Of a stretch of DNA of 62,048 nt, positions 61,884-62,048 are shown piece by piece (the first letter of the stretch is position 1; every line of letters begins with the position of its first letter). The stretch comes from Pirellulales bacterium (lineage in GTDB: Bacteria > Planctomycetota > Planctomycetia > Pirellulales > UBA1268), in NCBI GenBank assembly GCA_046092585.1, contig JBJTDZ010000141.1, positions 1-62,048 on the forward strand, read 5' to 3'. The notes beneath the pieces are model-generated. The model did no database searches and was not told the DNA's origin. It worked only from the letters and a program-made list of their open reading frames with translations. The position numbers and the translations under genes are program-made.

Positions 61884-61923
61884 CCGAATCCCTTGTGAGG
61901 CCGCCGGCACGCGGCGATCAGTC

Positions 61924-62048
61924 ATGCCCATCGAACTGAAGGTTCCCGAGGTTGGCGAGTCGATCACCGAGGTGATGATCGGCGCGTGGAAGAAGCGGGA
62001 GGGCGACGCGGTGTCCGCCGACGAAGCCATCGTCGAGATCGAGAGCGA
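61924..62048 (+). CDS. sucB: 2-oxoglutarate dehydrogenase E2, 5' fragment (runs off the window)
   Basis: MPIELKVPEVGESITEVMIGAWKKREGDAVSADEAIVEIES lipoyl domain directly after sucA. Confidence 0.88.
   Translation, partial: MPIELKVPEVGESITEVMIGAWKKREGDAVSADEAIVEIES

Overview
High-GC chromosomal window that looks planctomycete (inferred from the 16S GAGCGAAACCC signature, an unlinked 16S gene, an SHD1-like protein, and insertions in NuoA/NuoL). In order it holds: the 3' end of a 16S rRNA gene followed by a terminator rather than tRNAs/23S; hemH with tRNA-Glu; csrA; a reduced complex I cluster (nuoI-A-C-D-H-J-K-L-M-N, lacking nuoB/E/F/G); fliW-csrA; lptF/G, comF, hemC, a NarL-type regulator, xerC, bshB1, an M32 peptidase and an amidase; a Wsp-like chemosensory operon led by an orphan UrtA-like binding protein, with no WspR and a divergent receiver-less sigma54 activator; lpxA; a 1461-aa TPR protein; tRNA-Leu; an HTTM protein; and lpdA-aceE-aceF-sucA-sucB(partial). 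The most striking observation is a 105-bp in-frame segment (46366-46470) inside the TPR gene. It is flanked by a perfect 10-bp inverted repeat and appears flipped: both orientations are open, and the flipped one restores a TPR-like helix pair. It is either an intragenic inverton, a fixed micro-inversion or an assembly artefact. Other leads are the UrtA-Wsp amide-sensing module, a Rex-like operator inside the nuo operon, two CsrA paralogs that differ at the FliW-contact residue, and a candidate structured ncRNA. All calls come from reading motifs by eye; no searches were run, and start codons are best guesses.
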